64,000 nucleotides of DNA from Malacoraja senta (Eukaryota). The stretch lies in NCBI GenBank assembly GCA_038087875.1, contig CM075996.1, positions 4,280,001 to 4,344,000 on the forward strand, written 5' to 3'. A program made the translations under genes and the position numbers. This document shows positions 1 to 14,151 of this stretch, piece by piece (position 1 is the stretch's first letter; every line of letters begins with the position of its first letter). The notes under the pieces were generated by a model. It was not told the origin of the DNA. It saw nothing but the letters and a program-made list of their open reading frames with translations, and ran no database searches.

Positions 1-26
1 CGAGTAATCCTTCTTTGTAAGAGTTA

Positions 27-237
27 AGGGCCTGTCCCACTTGGGCGTCATTTGCGCGCCACGCAGATGGCGCGCGACGATTTTGTACATCCCAAAATCC
101 TGGGGAGCCACGCACGATCGCGCGTCACTGCCAACGTCACCACGCACCATGCACACGTAATGCGCACCATCACGTGCACGGCACGACATGACTCGTAAAT
201 GATGTTGCGTAAATTACGCCCAAGTGGGACAGGCCCT
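27..237. mobile_element. PIF/Harbinger-type MITE
   Basis: TIR AGGGCCTGTCCCACTTGGGCG; TTA TSD 24-26 and 238-240. Confidence 0.85.
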
Positions 238-796
238 TTAAACATCATCCATTCTAACCCAAAGACACAACCACAACTTGCCATTATGTTAACAACAGTG
301 AAAAGTGTTTTACCTCAGTGTTTTTTATACCCAAAGTTAATACAAATCAAAGATATGATATGTGATCTAAGGCTTGGTCACAAATATACATTTTATAGAA
401 TCAGTTTAGCTCCCCCTGCTTCCATTATTCCAATGATGGACCTGGGCAAGGCAGATGGGAACTACTGCTTAGAGTCATACAGCCTGGAAACTGGCCCTTC
501 GGCCCAACTCGTCCATGCCGATCAAGGTGCCCCGTCTAGGCTTGCCCCATTTGCCTGCAATTGGCCTAGCCTTTCCTATACCATGTACCTGTCCAAATGT
601 CTTTTAAATATCAGATACGTAGAGACAGGAGGGATATGGATTAAGTGCAGGCAGATAAGAATTGGTCTTGGCATCATATTTGGCATGACATTGCGAGCCA
701 AGGGGCCTGTTCCTGTGCAGTACTTAATGCCAAGTGCATGCTTTTAATTGATGCAAAAGACCTTCGAAATAGAGGCAGGGAGCAAGCACAACTCAC

Positions 797-934
797 AATT
801 TCTTCACGAATGGAATAGTCGGCCGTTTCCAGGTAGCTTAACATTTCAGCCACAATCTGCGGTGCGTTTGTTCGGTCACACATGGCGTACAGAAGGTCTG
901 CGGCTCGCTGGCGCACACTCACATCCCGCTCGGT
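797..934 (-). CDS. AP2A1: AP-2 alpha exon 10 ([46 protein letters not shown]); gene continues beyond the left edge
   Basis: ORF 674-922; AG/GTGAGT; 138 nt. Confidence 0.92.
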
Positions 935-1574
935 CTATTCAACACAGAAAAAGAACTCGATGAGCAAACAAATGCATCTCGACATATCTGCGTGGGTGGC
1001 TTTGTGCTCTGGAAGGCCTTTACGTAAAATTATAGTACGTGGAACACGCAAAGATAGAAAATTATGATGCCATATAATAAAATGGTGGACGAGGAGAATT
1101 TATTCAAACCTCTGCACATAAGCATTAGTATTAAGTGATCACATCCTTCCTTTTGCTGTGGTTCCAAGGAGGCAGGAAACTCTTCAAAGCCGCGCCTAAA
1201 ACCGCAATGCTTCAGTTTTGTGAGCCTAGACACTCAGTTACTGAGCCACGTGTGCTAACACCTAAGTGCGACCTGACTTCACCAGGCATCTATCACATGC
1301 ATAATCGAGAATGGCAATTACGAGCAGATATCGGTACCAACTGCAGATGCTAGTTTACAAAAAAAGAAAAAAAGTGCTGTAGTAACTCAGCAAGTCAGGC
1401 AGCATCTTTGGAAGACATGGACAGGTGACGTTTCGGGTGGGGACCCTTCTTTAGTTGTGAAGCTTCAAACTCCATTACATTCTCCAAATGTGTCAGGGCA
1501 ATCTCACCCAGTCGCAAACTGATTTGAATCAGTTTCGGGTCGAGACCCTTCTTCAGACTAGATGTAAAAGATGT

Positions 1575-1862
1575 TTCAAAGCTGCCACAGCCAGACATAA
1601 AAACAGTTTTATCCACGAGTAGTTGCTCTACTCAACAGCCAAAAATCTGTAGCCTCCCTTTGATCTGGTATTTTGTTGGTTCACATGCTTGATCAATGGT
1701 GTTTTATCATTAATATCTTATTATTATTATTATTATTATTAATGTTTAGTGTTTTCTGAGTCATTCGTAACTGTCACTGTATGTCATGTCGTTACTTGTG
1801 GGCGGAGCACCAAGGCAAATTCCTTGTATGTGAATACTTGGCCAATAAACTTACTTACTCAC
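1575..1862 (+). mobile_element. LINE 3' end (Rex1/Babar-like) with (ACTT)n tail; near-identical copy at ~38740-38941
   Basis: Two matching copies; AATAAA plus microsatellite tail. Confidence 0.65.
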
Positions 1863-3262
1863 TTTCTTTTATGGGGGTTGCAAAGCTAGGGACTACAAAT
1901 ACAAGATGTAGACTCGGGAAACTGCAGATTCTAGTTTACAAGAACAAAAAGACAAAGTGCTGGAGTAACTCAGTGGGTCAAGCTGCATCTCTGGAGAACA
2001 TGGATAGGTGACATTGAGTCGGTAGAAGGGTACTGACCCAAAACGTCACTTATCCATGTTCTCCAGAGATGCTGTCTGAAGAAGGGTCTCGACCCGAAAC
2101 ATCGCCTATTTCCTTCGCTCCATAGATGCTGCCTCACTCGCTGAGTTTCTCCAGCATTTTTGTCGACCCACAAAAAGCTAGAGTAACTCAGTAACACAGG
2201 CAGCATCCCTGGAGAGAATGAATGGGTGACGTTTCGGGTCGAGATTTTTTTTACAAATACAAAAAATAGCCACAAATAAATTTACTAGAAGCCACTGGGA
2301 AAAATATCTTTACATGAGCAAGTGGTAATCATCTCACAAGGAATAATTGAGGCAAATAGGATTTAGGCATATGAATCAATAGAATCAAAATAATTATACA
2401 AAGGTGAATGATCCGAAGTCGGGTGCGAGGAGAATGACAAAGGGTATAAGTCAATAGCAAAGCACCAGAGGGCCAAATGGCTTGCAATTGTGCTTGAAAG
2501 GTCTCACTGTACAGTAACAATCTTATTCTCGTACAATAAAACCACTCGTTTGGCACTTGTGAAATCAAACTAGACAAACCAGTGCAGACTCTTTTCAATC
2601 ATATAAGCAAACTGCATGATGCTCAGGAGCTCAAGGAGACAATGACAGAACACCAATGATGTTGGCATCAATAACGCCAAGAAATAAAGTTGACAAGGTA
2701 AGAAAGTCTGGAGACAAAAGGGAGAAGGAAAATATGGCCCACTGAGACATCAAGGGACCTTCGCATGTTGGAATTCAATTAATTGCTAACTGGGATAATA
2801 GGAGTCACAAGTAACTGCTGGAATCCTGAACAAAAGACAAAGAGGAACTTAGCAGGCCAGGCAGCATGTGTGGAGTGAATAGACATGGGACCCTTTTTGC
2901 AGACTGTACACCACATGTATTATGCATCCAGCTTCAGGGGTATTCAATGCTCCGTTAAGAGATTAATTTAGAACCGCTACTCGCCTATGTTCATCTATTA
3001 CCTGCCATGCTTTGTCTTACCCCTCCACTCTTCCAGCTTTCACACCCCCCCTACAATCAGTGTGAAGAAGGGTCACGACCCAAAGAGTCACCTATCCATG
3101 TTCTCCAGAGTTGCTGTCTAACCCTTTGTGTTACTCCAGCACTTTGTGTCTATTTTTCTCAAACTAGAAAAAAATGGTTTCTGTCTCCTGTACCCCCACA
3201 TCCTTTGCCCTGATGGGCTTAAAGAAAACTAAACTGTATCTGCTTCAAATCAAGCTGCTTAC

Positions 3263-3431
3263 CTTCAGTGCGTTGATGACAGTTTCGATGTGGGTTTTGA
3301 CAGCCTCGTGGGAGAATTCGGACCCGGCCAGCAGGCACATGCTTTCCAGGGCGAGGTACCGCAGGTTGGTTTCACGGTGCTGCAGAAACTGGCCAAGTTG
3401 GTTGCACGCACGCACCAACAGGTTAGGTTCG
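3263..3431 (-). CDS. AP2A1: AP-2 alpha exon 9 ([32 protein letters not shown]...TVINALK)
   Basis: ORF 3245-3496; AG/GTAAG; 169 nt. Confidence 0.92.
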
Positions 3432-4777
3432 CTGCCAGGAAATTTTAAAAAAGTTGCTGTTAAAAGATTAATTCTCAAAAGCAAGTCAATCTCCACCCCG
3501 ATATTGCAGGGATGCTTGCTCTCAATAACTTGAACAACTAATCTTGCTCATGAATCAGGAGCACCCATAGCAACAGAAACAATTTGCAGGCTAGCTGCTC
3601 AGAGGGTTCACAGTCGTTCCACTTCTGTTTGTCCAGTTTACTTTTCATCCGTGTTCCATTTAGTCACAGCTGGAATCAATGATCTCACTAGTCTAAGACA
3701 TAGGGTATGTTTTATCCCAAGTCTTGGTTTCTCATCTATACTTCCATCTTGGAGATCAGATCCAACTCTCTGAGGATAGACACAAAAAGCTGGAGTAACT
3801 CAGCGGGACAGGCAGCATCTCTGGAGAGAAGGAATGGGTGATATTTCGGGTCAAAATCCTTCTTCGGAACCCTTCTCGCCAGAGATGCTGCCTGACTTAC
3901 TTGGTTACTCCAGCTTTGTGTCTATCTTCGGTTTAAATCAGCATCTGCAGTTCCTTCCTCCACAGGTCCAACTCTCTTTTCCATGCTTATATATGGATTA
4001 CAATTCTAGATTCAGGGACAGCACACCTCCAGATTCAGGGACAGTTTCTTCCCAGTTGTTATCAGGCAACTGAATCATCCTACCACAACCAGAGAGCAGT
4101 GCTGAACTACTATCTACCTTATTGGTGACCCTTGGACTATCCTTGATCAGACTTTGCTGGCTTTACCTTGCACTAAACGTTATTCCCTTACAATGTATTT
4201 ATACACTGCAAATGGATCGATTGTAATCATGTATTGTCTTTCTGCTGACTGGGTAGCACGCAACAAAAGCTTTTCACTGTACCTCGGTACACATGACAAT
4301 AAACTAAGTCAAGTCAATTTTATTTCTATAGCACATTTAACAACAACTCTCGTTGACCAAAGTGCTTTACATTGGTGCATGTACTAACGTGCTACAAACA
4401 GTGGTACATAGATCAACAATACATACATAAATACATACATACAGCGCTCCCTCAGAGGACCTCAAGAAACGCTTGTGAGTAGAAATAAGTTTGAAGTCTA
4501 GACTTAAGAGTCGATGGAGGGGGCAGTTCTGATGGGAAGGGGGATGCCGATAAGAGTGTCACTTGCTTTCACTCAATCGGCCGATTGGGTGATCAAATGG
4601 GGGTCCGGGGGAGGTGAGGGACAGTGACCCGGGGGTCGGGCATCGGAGCGGAGCCTTAGCCCGAGATAAATACGGAAAGCATCAATGCCAAATCCTCTCA
4701 ACCAACGTCCGAGCTGCATCATTTACATCACAAGATATCTATGCCATTAAGCCGTACATGATCACCGTTTCACCTAC

Positions 4778-4928
4778 CTGTCATAATGTATAATCAGGCT
4801 GATGGCTTCAAAAAGAATCGCATTCTTAGCGTTGGAGTGTTGAACCTTCTTGGATTTTGGTGGCTCCTGAGCTTTATTCAGGATTGTCTCCATACATTCA
4901 ATTAGGCGGCCCTTCACTGCAGTGTCCT
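4778..4928 (-). CDS. AP2A1: AP-2 alpha exon 8 ([50 protein letters not shown])
   Basis: Manual translation; 151 nt; PPPED, KGRL, NAILFE and HYD favour AP2A1 over AP2A2 (paralog call from memory, moderate). Confidence 0.9.
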
Positions 4929-5680
4929 CTGCAAGAGGATGCAAAAGCAACCTGGTAAAACAATCACCCTCGCCGACTGATTAAAGAAGTTCCAAGCATT
5001 CATCAGCGTGCAAGCAATCTGACCCAGGTCCGTCTGTGCGACTTAGTTCAATATCCATTGCAAATCAAGCAACCTAACGTTTTTTTTTTTTTTTAAACTT
5101 ACCGTATTTCTGGATCCAGGAAACATCAGCTTTTAAGGGACATTCCTAATTGAGTTACAGAGTCGTCCAGCATAGAAACAGGACCGACAGCACAACCCGT
5201 CCATGCCAACCAAGATGCCCCACCCAAGCCAGTCCCATTTGTCTATGTTTGGCCAATAAACCTTTCCTATCCATGCATCTGCCCAAATGTCTTAAATGTT
5301 TTCATTGTTCCTGCCTCAACGACTTTTGAAAAGAGTGCATTTCTAGGCCAGCCAACTCTGGCAGGCCAAACAGGATAAGATGACAGATCTACGCACCCCC
5401 CCCCCCTCCCCGCCCCCTTGTGGAGCATCAGTGAACCCCAATAGGTTCTTGCAACATTCCCGTAACTTTATTTTTTTTTAACTGGTCGATGGTAAATTTC
5501 CAGATTATTAACAGGCTTCAAACTCCACACCTGGACTAACAATCTAGATTCACAAGTTCACTTGTTGCACTAGGTTGCTAGTCCAGGCCTGAGGATAAGT
5601 AGACAAAAAATGTTGGAGAAACTCAGCGGGTGAGGCAGCATCTATGGAAAGAAGGAATTGGCAACGTTTCGGGTCAAAAC

Positions 5681-5800
5681 ATGTGTGTGTGCGCACGCGT
5701 GTGTCTGAGTATGTGTGTGTCTGTGTGCACCCGCATGCCTTGTGTGCGCATGTCTGTGTGTATATTACATATATACACACACACACACCAAGTATATACA
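5681..5800. repeat. (TG)n/(CA)n compound microsatellite
   Basis: Direct reading. Confidence 0.85.
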
Positions 5801-6152
5801 TATATTTTGTACACATTCATACAAAAGCCAATGTATGAATGTGCGTACATACGTTCGCTCATACGAGTAGCAGAACTAGTTTCCTCTATCTCCGCTTGGA
5901 GTAATTGATCTTCACTATCAGTGAGTGTTATGTGCCATGGATGCCATTTATTACAATAGTGTGGAGGTACGGTTACCATATCTAACATATTTTGTGCATT
6001 TTCTGATATACAGACAAAATAGACTTCCAGACATCTAAAAAAACATAACCCATTGGTTACCCGTTGTATATGTGTATGTGCTGATCGATGGGCAGAGACA
6101 GATTTTTCTATCACAACACAGGGCACAACCATAAGCAGTGAGAGTGCCTTAC

Positions 6153-6261
6153 CGGGTGGCGGATAACACTGCAGGAGTCGCAGCAGCTTCACAGAAAGCC
6201 AGGGTGCTGGAACAAAGTAATACGTGTAATCCTGTAGATCCGTGGAGGCCGATGACACAAT
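6153..6261 (-). CDS. AP2A1: AP-2 alpha exon 7 ([36 protein letters not shown])
   Basis: ORF 5674-6258; AG/GTAAG; 109 nt. Confidence 0.92.
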
Positions 6262-9094
6262 CTACAACAAGCAAGGAACAAGATCATGAAAAACTAGTTG
6301 TTCCATGTGGGGAAAGCACCTCTAAATCAAGCGGAAGAACATAATAGGCCATATAATCTCTTTCTGTTACAATGGCACTCAATATTATTGTGAATCTGAT
6401 CTTTGACCTCAATACTTTTCTCTCCCGCTGTCATAACCATCGATTCTCTGACAGTCCAAAATTCTCTCTCAATCTTAGCCAAGAATATTTTCAATGACTC
6501 ATCGCCTATTATTTCCTGATTCCAAAGCCCGACTCAGTACGAGAAAACAAACTCCTCCTATCTGTGCCTCGTGAGCGAACCCTCTTTCTGAGACAGAGCA
6601 GGTCATCTGCACACATCTAGATTTTGACAAGAATTTTATATTCAAGTGTGAAATGTTGATTCCATTCCTGTGAACTCTCTTCATCGTGGGCAATTGTCTG
6701 CATTGATCATTCCCAGGTCACTAACATTATGCTTGTTATTTTGCTTCAACTGTCTGCCCTGACCCCAGTTTCAGAACAGTACCGCATTGTGAAATGTGTA
6801 ACATTTTGCAACTGGGTGGGAGTTGCAACTAATTCAGGGAGTTTGATTTGAAATTTGGAAGTCCTTTTACATTGAGGGCCAAAGTACACTGCTTAGAGAA
6901 GAGGCACAGGGTGCTGGAGTAGCTTAGCGGGTCAGGCAGCATCTTAGGAGAACATGGATAGGTGACGTTTCGGGTCATGGTCCTTCCTCAGCCTCTGCAG
7001 TTTCTACACTACTTGGTGGACTGAAATCTAATTTCACATAGAATGAAATACATGTATATTCCGTATCCGATTGCAGGGATCCCGTTAGCTTGGGCAGGAT
7101 ATCAAGTTGATGTCCACTGATGAAAGACCAGTGTCTAATCCATTGCACCATTTGGATTTGAATTGTAAACCAACACATCTAAAGGCGAGTGACATTACTG
7201 ATCGAGGACGTTGGAGGAGGAGTGTGGGGCACAGGGCTCTAAATAAGCATCTGATGGAAAGTACATTAATATGGTTGATGTGACTTCCCCTATTTTTAAC
7301 GAGGTGAGGGTAATATAGTTGCACTCAGCATTTTATCCATCCTCAAATAGCGGTGATCTAAAGGTGAACCCGCATCGAAGCAAGCATGAATGCTGTCACA
7401 TAAGAGAAATTGTCTACACTACCATTTGTTTCCTTACCACCCCATCCATCACTTGTCCCACTGAAAGAACGTTCACTGGAATACAACCCCACAGAGACAG
7501 TACATCCTGTGACATCCTGCCAAAGCCGCCAGGTGCAAGTCTATTTGTGTGCTTTCCACGCTACAAGGAGCGTATGGCACAGAAACAGGCAATTCAGCCC
7601 TGGTCGCTGCCGTTTTTATATTCCACTCGAACATCCTGCTGTATTTCCATATTTATCACTACAGCCCTCCGCTGCCTTCCCTCTAAATGCATCTATTCAA
7701 TCACAAACCGTCTTTACCATAGCAGCGAGTTTAAAATTCTCACCACTCTTCATCTAAAGAATTCGCCACGAGGCTTTCAGTGACGAATTTATATTGAGGC
7801 TCTCGAGTTTGCTCTACCACAAAGCAGAAATTGTGTGCTATCTTAAACAGAAACTCCATCATTCCAAAAGAATGCTATAATATGTAGGATGAAACTGCAG
7901 ATGCTGGCTTACACCAAAGATAGACATAAAATCCTGGCGTAACTCAGCGGGACAGGCAGCATGTCTGGGGAGAAGGAATTGGTGACATTTCGGGTCGAGG
8001 CCTTTCTTCAGAATTTTATAATAGATGTGTGTGGCTACTAAAAGATAAAGCAGCTATTTGACATCTGCTAGTAGACACCAATCCCAGTAAATACTTGCTT
8101 CCCTCCTTTAGCGTTTCTTCATCCTTTCGATAATATGGTATAGAGTACTGCACACAGGATTTCAAGTGCCATCACACTAAGATTTGATATACTTAGCATA
8201 ACCTCTGTACGTTCTGTGTCTCTAGTAACAAATATTAAGCACATGGTTTGCTTTTCATGCCCTGTGCCAATAACCATGGCAATCATCTTTGCGTTTGTTC
8301 TCACAGGCCCTTTCCTTATTTTAGATCCCAATTTTCCAAGTAAATGCACATTCATTTTATTACCAAAATGCAATACCTCACATGTGTTCAATTTATTTGC
8401 CAGTTAGAGGCCCAGTCGACATTGCTGTTGCCTTGCAATTAATTACTGTCCTGAAAGATGACCAACCAAGCCAAACTGTACGTTTGTAGGTCTGAAGAAG
8501 GGTCTCGACCCAAAACGTCGCCTATTTCCTTCGCTCCATAGATGCTGCCTCACCCGCTGAGTTTCTCCAGCATTTTTGTCTACGCCAAACTGTACAATGT
8601 TTTCCAGTTTTATGACTGAGCCCATTAGACAAAATGTGCAGGAAGGAACTGCAGATGCTGGTTTAAACCGAAGATAGACACAAAAATCTGGAGTAACTCA
8701 GCGGGACAGGCAGCATTTCTGGAGAGAAGGAATGGATGACATTTCAGGTCGAGACCCTTCTTCAGACACATTAGACAGCAGCTTCATCAATGGGGACCTC
8801 TGAAGTCTCAAGTCAATGGATATTTTTAAGGCAGAGATAGATTCTTGATTGGTACAGGTGTCAGGGGATGGGGAGAGGCAGGAGAATGGGGTTGAGAAGG
8901 GAAGATAGATCATGGCGAAGTAGACTTGATGGGCTGAATGGCATAATTCTGCTCCTATCACTCCTGAAGGTTAGCAGTCAGTGCAGTAAGCATGATTTCC
9001 ACAAAAACACAGCAAAAAGATCAGCTAACAGAAATCAATTTTCATAAATGCAAGGGAGGCTTCAATGTGAAGACTCCATGATCCCATGACTTAC

Positions 9095-9196
9095 CCGACT
9101 AAGTCTGGAGACGGCCAAGGAGACGCACGTCTTGAATTCATCAGGGTTCTTCTTGCTCAGACTGGTGATAAGACTGGTAGCAGCTGTTACTACACC
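9095..9196 (-). CDS. AP2A1: AP-2 alpha exon 6 ([34 protein letters not shown])
   Basis: Manual translation; AG/GTAAGT; 102 nt. Confidence 0.92.
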
Positions 9197-9269
9197 CTGC
9201 AATGAACAGACACACCAGTGAAACAGGTTTAACACATGTAGATGCTCCAGCCCTTAACTCCCTGAAAGT

Positions 9270-9726
9270 GGCAACACAAGCAGGTCGAGTGGTAGAGAAG
9301 GAATACGGTATGTTTGCTTTTATTTGTTGACGCATAGTCAGGAAGTCACGAGCAGCTTTAAGGGGCTTTGCTTAGACCCCATCTGGAGCACTGCTTACAG
9401 TTCTGGTCGCCTCACTACAGGAAGGATGTAGAGGCTTTGGAAAGGGTGCAGAGGAGGAGGCTTAGAACGGAGACGAGGAAACACTTTTTCTCACAGAGAG
9501 TGGTGAGTCTGTGGAATTCTCTGCCTCAGAGGAGGTGGAGGCAAGTTCTCTGGATGCTTTCAAGAGAGAGCTAGATAGGGCTCTTAAAAATAGCGGAGTC
9601 AAGGGATATGGGGAGAAGGCAGGAACGGGGTACTGATTGGGGATGATCAGCCATGATCACATTGAATGGCGGTGCTGGCTCGAAGGGCCAAATGGCCTAC
9701 TCCTGCACCTATTGTCTATTGTCTAT
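9270..9726 (+). mobile_element. CR1-type LINE fragments
   Basis: [29 protein letters not shown] joined to the 3' end and tail. Confidence 0.85.
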
Positions 9727-10367
9727 CAGAATGATGTGTGCTGCCCCCTTCATGTTCCTTGCCTTCAACTTCCAGAAGTCATCAATGACCAGAAATATTA
9801 CATAAAGACTGCAGCTATAACATCGGATCAGAGGCTGGGATCCTGCAGCAAATGGCCTACCTCGTGCCATCCCAAAGCCCTCTTGCCATCTCACACCCTT
9901 CCCACCATCTGCATGGAACGTCAAGAGAATTATGGAATTCTCCCTCTATACGTCTGGAAGAGTATAGCCGCAACAGCATGCAAGAACCTAGAAACAATCC
10001 CACTTCACAAGCACCACAGTAAGTATTCATTCACTTCACCACGGGCACGCTGTAGCTGCAGTGTGCAGCGCACACAACTGCAGTTGCTCGCCTTTGCTAC
10101 TTCAACAGTACATCCACAACATCACCACTCGTAAGTACCCCTCCAAGTCACATACATTCCGAATTGGAAATATTTCACCGTTCCCATGTTCAAATCCTGG
10201 AACACTGTACGCTGCAGCATTGTGGGGGCACTTTCACCAGAAGGACTGCAGTAGTTCAAGGTGGCGACTCCCATAACGAGTCCTAACCTCAACAACAAAG
10301 GTCACATCCTCAAAGATCAACAAAGGCCAAGGCTAGAGTATCCTGCACCAAGCTACCCACTTCCTAA

Positions 10368-10574
10368 TGGGCCTGTCCCACTTAGGCGACTCTTTAGGCG
10401 ACTTCCAGGGACAAGTTTTAATAGAATTCACCTACCACATCTGGGGACAACCTACGACAGCACCTACATCAACCTACGACAGCAAAAATTGTCACCACCG
10501 TCGCCAAAGATTTTTCAACATGTTGAAAATTTTGCGGTAGTCGCCCAAAAAATCGCCTTAGTGGGACAGGGCCA
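10368..10574. mobile_element. PIF/Harbinger-type MITE
   Basis: TIR TGGGCCTGTCCCACT (imperfect); TAA TSD. Confidence 0.8.
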
Positions 10575-10941
10575 TAATGCCCTCAAATCATCTGCGAGGC
10601 ACATCCAGATAGACAATAGACAGATATGATGGAATGATCTCCAGTTGCCTAGATTAGTCCAACTCCACTCTCGTCTGCAAACCATCTATCATACTTAAAT
10701 TTCTTTCCACCAGTAATAGATCTGCATGGATGCTTTTTTGATGAAAATATTCACAACTAGAGCAAAGGGCATGGAGATCCGATGGGAATGAGGACTCGAG
10801 GTACAAGTTTGGTCATGATCCCACTGAATATTGAAACAGAGATGGGTTCATTGTGCCTGCTCCCGTTCTTCAGACTCCTTCCAGTGCTCAAAATGAATGA
10901 GACCCCATGACCAACTAACATATCTCCCCTTTGGTGAGTTA

Positions 10942-11339
10942 AGGGCCTGTCCCACGGGCATGCGACTCCATGCGGCAAGCGTGACCTAACCGGAAGCGGG
11001 GGCCGTGCGGAGTTCGAGTGATCCCCGTACAGGGCCGGTCCCACCAGCGTGCGGCTGGTTCCGGCGTCGAGGCGGTGCGCACGGCCGTCGATGCGGCGCG
11101 CACGGCCGGCGATGCGGCGCGCACGACCTCGATGCGGCTGCGGGGCGGCAGGCCGTTACTGCGCGGAATTTTTGAACAGTCAGTTTTTCGGAGGTTCGTG
11201 CGATGTCGGGACCAGCTCCGCACAACTCCATACGGCTCCCGCGATCGAAGTGGGACCGGCCCCGCGACCTCCGCGCGGCCCCCGCTTGCGGTTAGGTCGC
11301 GCTTGCCGCATGGAGTCGCATGCCCGTGGGACAGGCCCT
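10942..11339. mobile_element. PIF/Harbinger-type MITE, GC/CpG-rich, long TIRs
   Basis: AGGGCCTGTCCCACGGGCATGCGACTCCATGCGGCAAGCG inverted at both ends; TTA TSD. Confidence 0.88.
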
Positions 11340-11482
11340 TTAGTTGGGTAATTACAGTTTTTGGCAGAAGAACCACCAAATGTCGGGTCTTACTGTTTGG
11401 CACAGCTCTATTATACAATGGAAGAATTTATTATATTAATCAATTTATACAAAAAAATAAAAGCAGAGAGAACATTGTTTAC

Positions 11483-11612
11483 CAGATGTTGGTCATTCAG
11501 TAGATGCACGACTCGGGATGTCCACTCTCCCATGGGCACCAAATCTGGGGAGGTTTTGTAGAGACGCAGCAGGCACAGAGCAGCACTCTGCTTCACACTA
11601 TCCATCGTATCA
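11483..11612 (-). CDS. AP2A1: AP-2 alpha exon 5 ([43 protein letters not shown])
   Basis: ORF 11411-11605; AG/GT; 130 nt. Confidence 0.92.
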
Positions 11613-12584
11613 CTGGCAACACAAAGCCAACAGATTCAAGGTCAGAAATGAATCCTGCTGTTGAAAGTAAATCAAAAACAAACAAAGATGCTGCAAATTG
11701 CTAAATTACTAAAACAGAAATGCTGGAAACATTCAACAGGTCAGGCAGCATCTGTGGATAGTGAAACAGTGAGGTTTCAGGTCTTTGCCAAAATTGGAAA
11801 AGAGGAGATGAAAAGATAGTTAAGATGTAGCGAAGGTGGCAGAGAGATCGATAGGAGTAAGTGAATATATGTGATAGGACACACAAGGGTTACCATAGGC
11901 ACAAGATGTACGGACCATCTAATTAAGTGGGTTATAGGAGTTGTTAGAGGGGTAATATTGCAGGCAAAGATGTGTAATGGGCACATTGACGCATTCAATG
12001 CTACCTCTTGTTCTCTTTGCACACATGCTACCAGATCTGCTGAGTTTGTTTCCAGCATTTTCTGTTTTTACTGCTTTGGAACATCCTAGTTAGCCTTTGC
12101 ACACAAGAAAAAGAATGCAATAAATCGAATGTTATTTTTAAATGTAATATTTAGTTAAATGAAATAAGATTTTCACAGTAGGCACGAAACACACTTATAT
12201 GGATACTCAAAGGTAGACAAAAATGCTGGAGAAACTCAGCGGGTGAGGCAGCATCTATGGAGCGAAGGAATAGGTGACGTTTCGGGTCGAGACCCTTCTT
12301 CAGACTCTCAATCCGAAACGTCACCTATTTTCCTTCGTTCCTTAGATGCTGCCTCACCCGCTGAGTTTCTCCAGCATTTTTGTCTACCTTCGATTTTTCC
12401 AGCATCTGCAGTTCTTTCTTAAACATATATGGATACTTGAGGTCTAATCAACGCTCCTTGAGCTGTCTCAAGCATTGGTTAGTCAGTATCTCAGTAGTTC
12501 GCACCCCATTCTTAACCAAATCTCTTATTTGTGCACACACTAAAATATGGACCCTCCACCCACCCCAACAAATACCTGGCAACA

Positions 12585-13110
12585 TTACAAAATGCTGGAG
12601 TAACTCCGCGGGACAGGTAGCATCTCTGGATAGAAGAAATGGGTGACGTTTCGGGTAGTGACGCTTCTTCAGACTGAGAGTCACATTGAGGGAGACACAG
12701 AGATAAGGAAGGATAAGGTGTGAAAACAAGACAACAAAGATAAGGAAGGATAAGGTGTGAAAACAAGACAACAAAGGGGATGGTGCTTCAAAGAACATGT
12801 AAGATACATAATTGTTAGCTAGGAGAAGGTGACAACGAAGCATACAGCGATAAAATGTAATCAGGGGGCAGTCAGACTGGTCGGAGAACTGGGAAGAGGG
12901 AGGGATGGAGAAAGAGAGAGAGGGAAAGCAAGGGTTACTTGAAGTTAGAGAAATCAATATTCATACCGCTGGGGTACAAGCTGCCCAAGCGAAATATGAG
13001 GTGCTGTTCCTCCAATTTGCGCTGTGCCTCACTCCGACAATGGAGGAGGCCCAGGACAGAAAGGTCAGTGTGGGAATGGGAGGGGGAGTTGAAGTGTTTA
13101 GCAACCGGGA
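12585..13110 (-). mobile_element. Penelope-like element 3' end: GIY-YIG C-terminus, 3' UTR and pseudo-LTR
   Basis: Minus strand encodes PVAKHFNSPSHSHTDLSVLGLLHC..RKLEEQHLIFRLGSLYPSGMNIDF; stop at 12935; runs into the window's most common repeat. Confidence 0.85.
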
Positions 13111-13714
13111 GATCATGTCTCTACTTTTTAATGAGTTACAGCTTTGTCATGGACCCCAGGCCAGCTAACATGCTGAGTATATTTATATATATTTATTTTT
13201 CTGTTTAGCCCAATATTATTGAAGTATCCCAGAACCCCTGCCCACCTCTCCCAAATAACCAGTGGATGAACAGTGGGGGTGTTAAGTGAGGAGTTCGCAC
13301 ACATTAGGTTAGGAACTATTGCTCAATGTTGTCTCATCAAACACTTCCACGCCTGGTACAGATTTGGTTAGATAATTAAACAATTCATCCATTTCCCCAT
13401 TTCTGAAGAACAGGTTTTAGTATAATTGTTCAAGTTCAAGTTTGCGTTTATTGTCACTTAACCAACTAAGGTACCGTGAAATTTGAGCTATATGTTCTAA
13501 TAGCATATAGGTATTTCTTTACAGCAGAAACTACTCAACCTCTTTGGTGGAAATGTTTATTAGGAGTAAATGGAGAATTGTTTAAATCTGCAGAAAAAAA
13601 GGTTGAAGTACTCAATTCCATTATCTATAGCGCCACAGCAATCATTTTCCAGATAATGTATTTCATTACAAACAAAAATATCAATTGCAGACTGCAGTTG
13701 AAGGACTTACATAC

Positions 13715-13908
13715 CCAGCCACCAGGATTTTGGGAATCTCAGAAGCAAATGCCTCTGCCATTTCCCTGCTGCCGACATTTGCAATGCAGTGCAGAGCGAG
13801 ACACATGAAGATAGGGTTGCGGCTGGCCAAGTCGTTCTTGATGGCATTGTTAATCAGACGGATCAGCTCACTGTTTGAGTTCACCAGTACAGAGATGAAA
13901 AGGTAACC
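13715..13908 (-). CDS. AP2A1: AP-2 alpha exon 4 ([32 protein letters not shown]...PKILVAG)
   Basis: ORF 13681-13959; canonical splice sites; 194 nt, phase-compatible with neighbouring exons. Confidence 0.92.
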
Positions 13909-14151
13909 CTGAGAAGACAAAACACACGTCCAAGCTGGATTCACAAAAAACTGCCACAATACAAATGATGACCATTGGAGTCTTGGAAGATTTCATGCTT
14001 GACAATGACCAAACAGAAGTTGAAACCTGGAGGAAATTGTAAATTAACTACAAAGGTCCTGTTACATAACACAATTTGGATACTCTGACGCTCGAGTTGA
14101 TACAGGGAAGAATCACAAACTGATCTCTCATGTCCAAGCTTTGACAAAGCT

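Noticed and set aside
199..747. 182-aa ORF
   Set aside because: Starts in a MITE and runs through CR1/SINE tail remnants in an intron; no recognisable protein
10757..11503. Cluster of Arg/Ala-rich overlapping ORFs
   Set aside because: Artefact of the GC-rich palindromic Harbinger MITE
12698..12776. ~38-bp tandem duplication, superficially repeat-spacer-like
   Set aside because: Simple local duplication in a Penelope 3' UTR; no CRISPR-like array, and the context is eukaryotic
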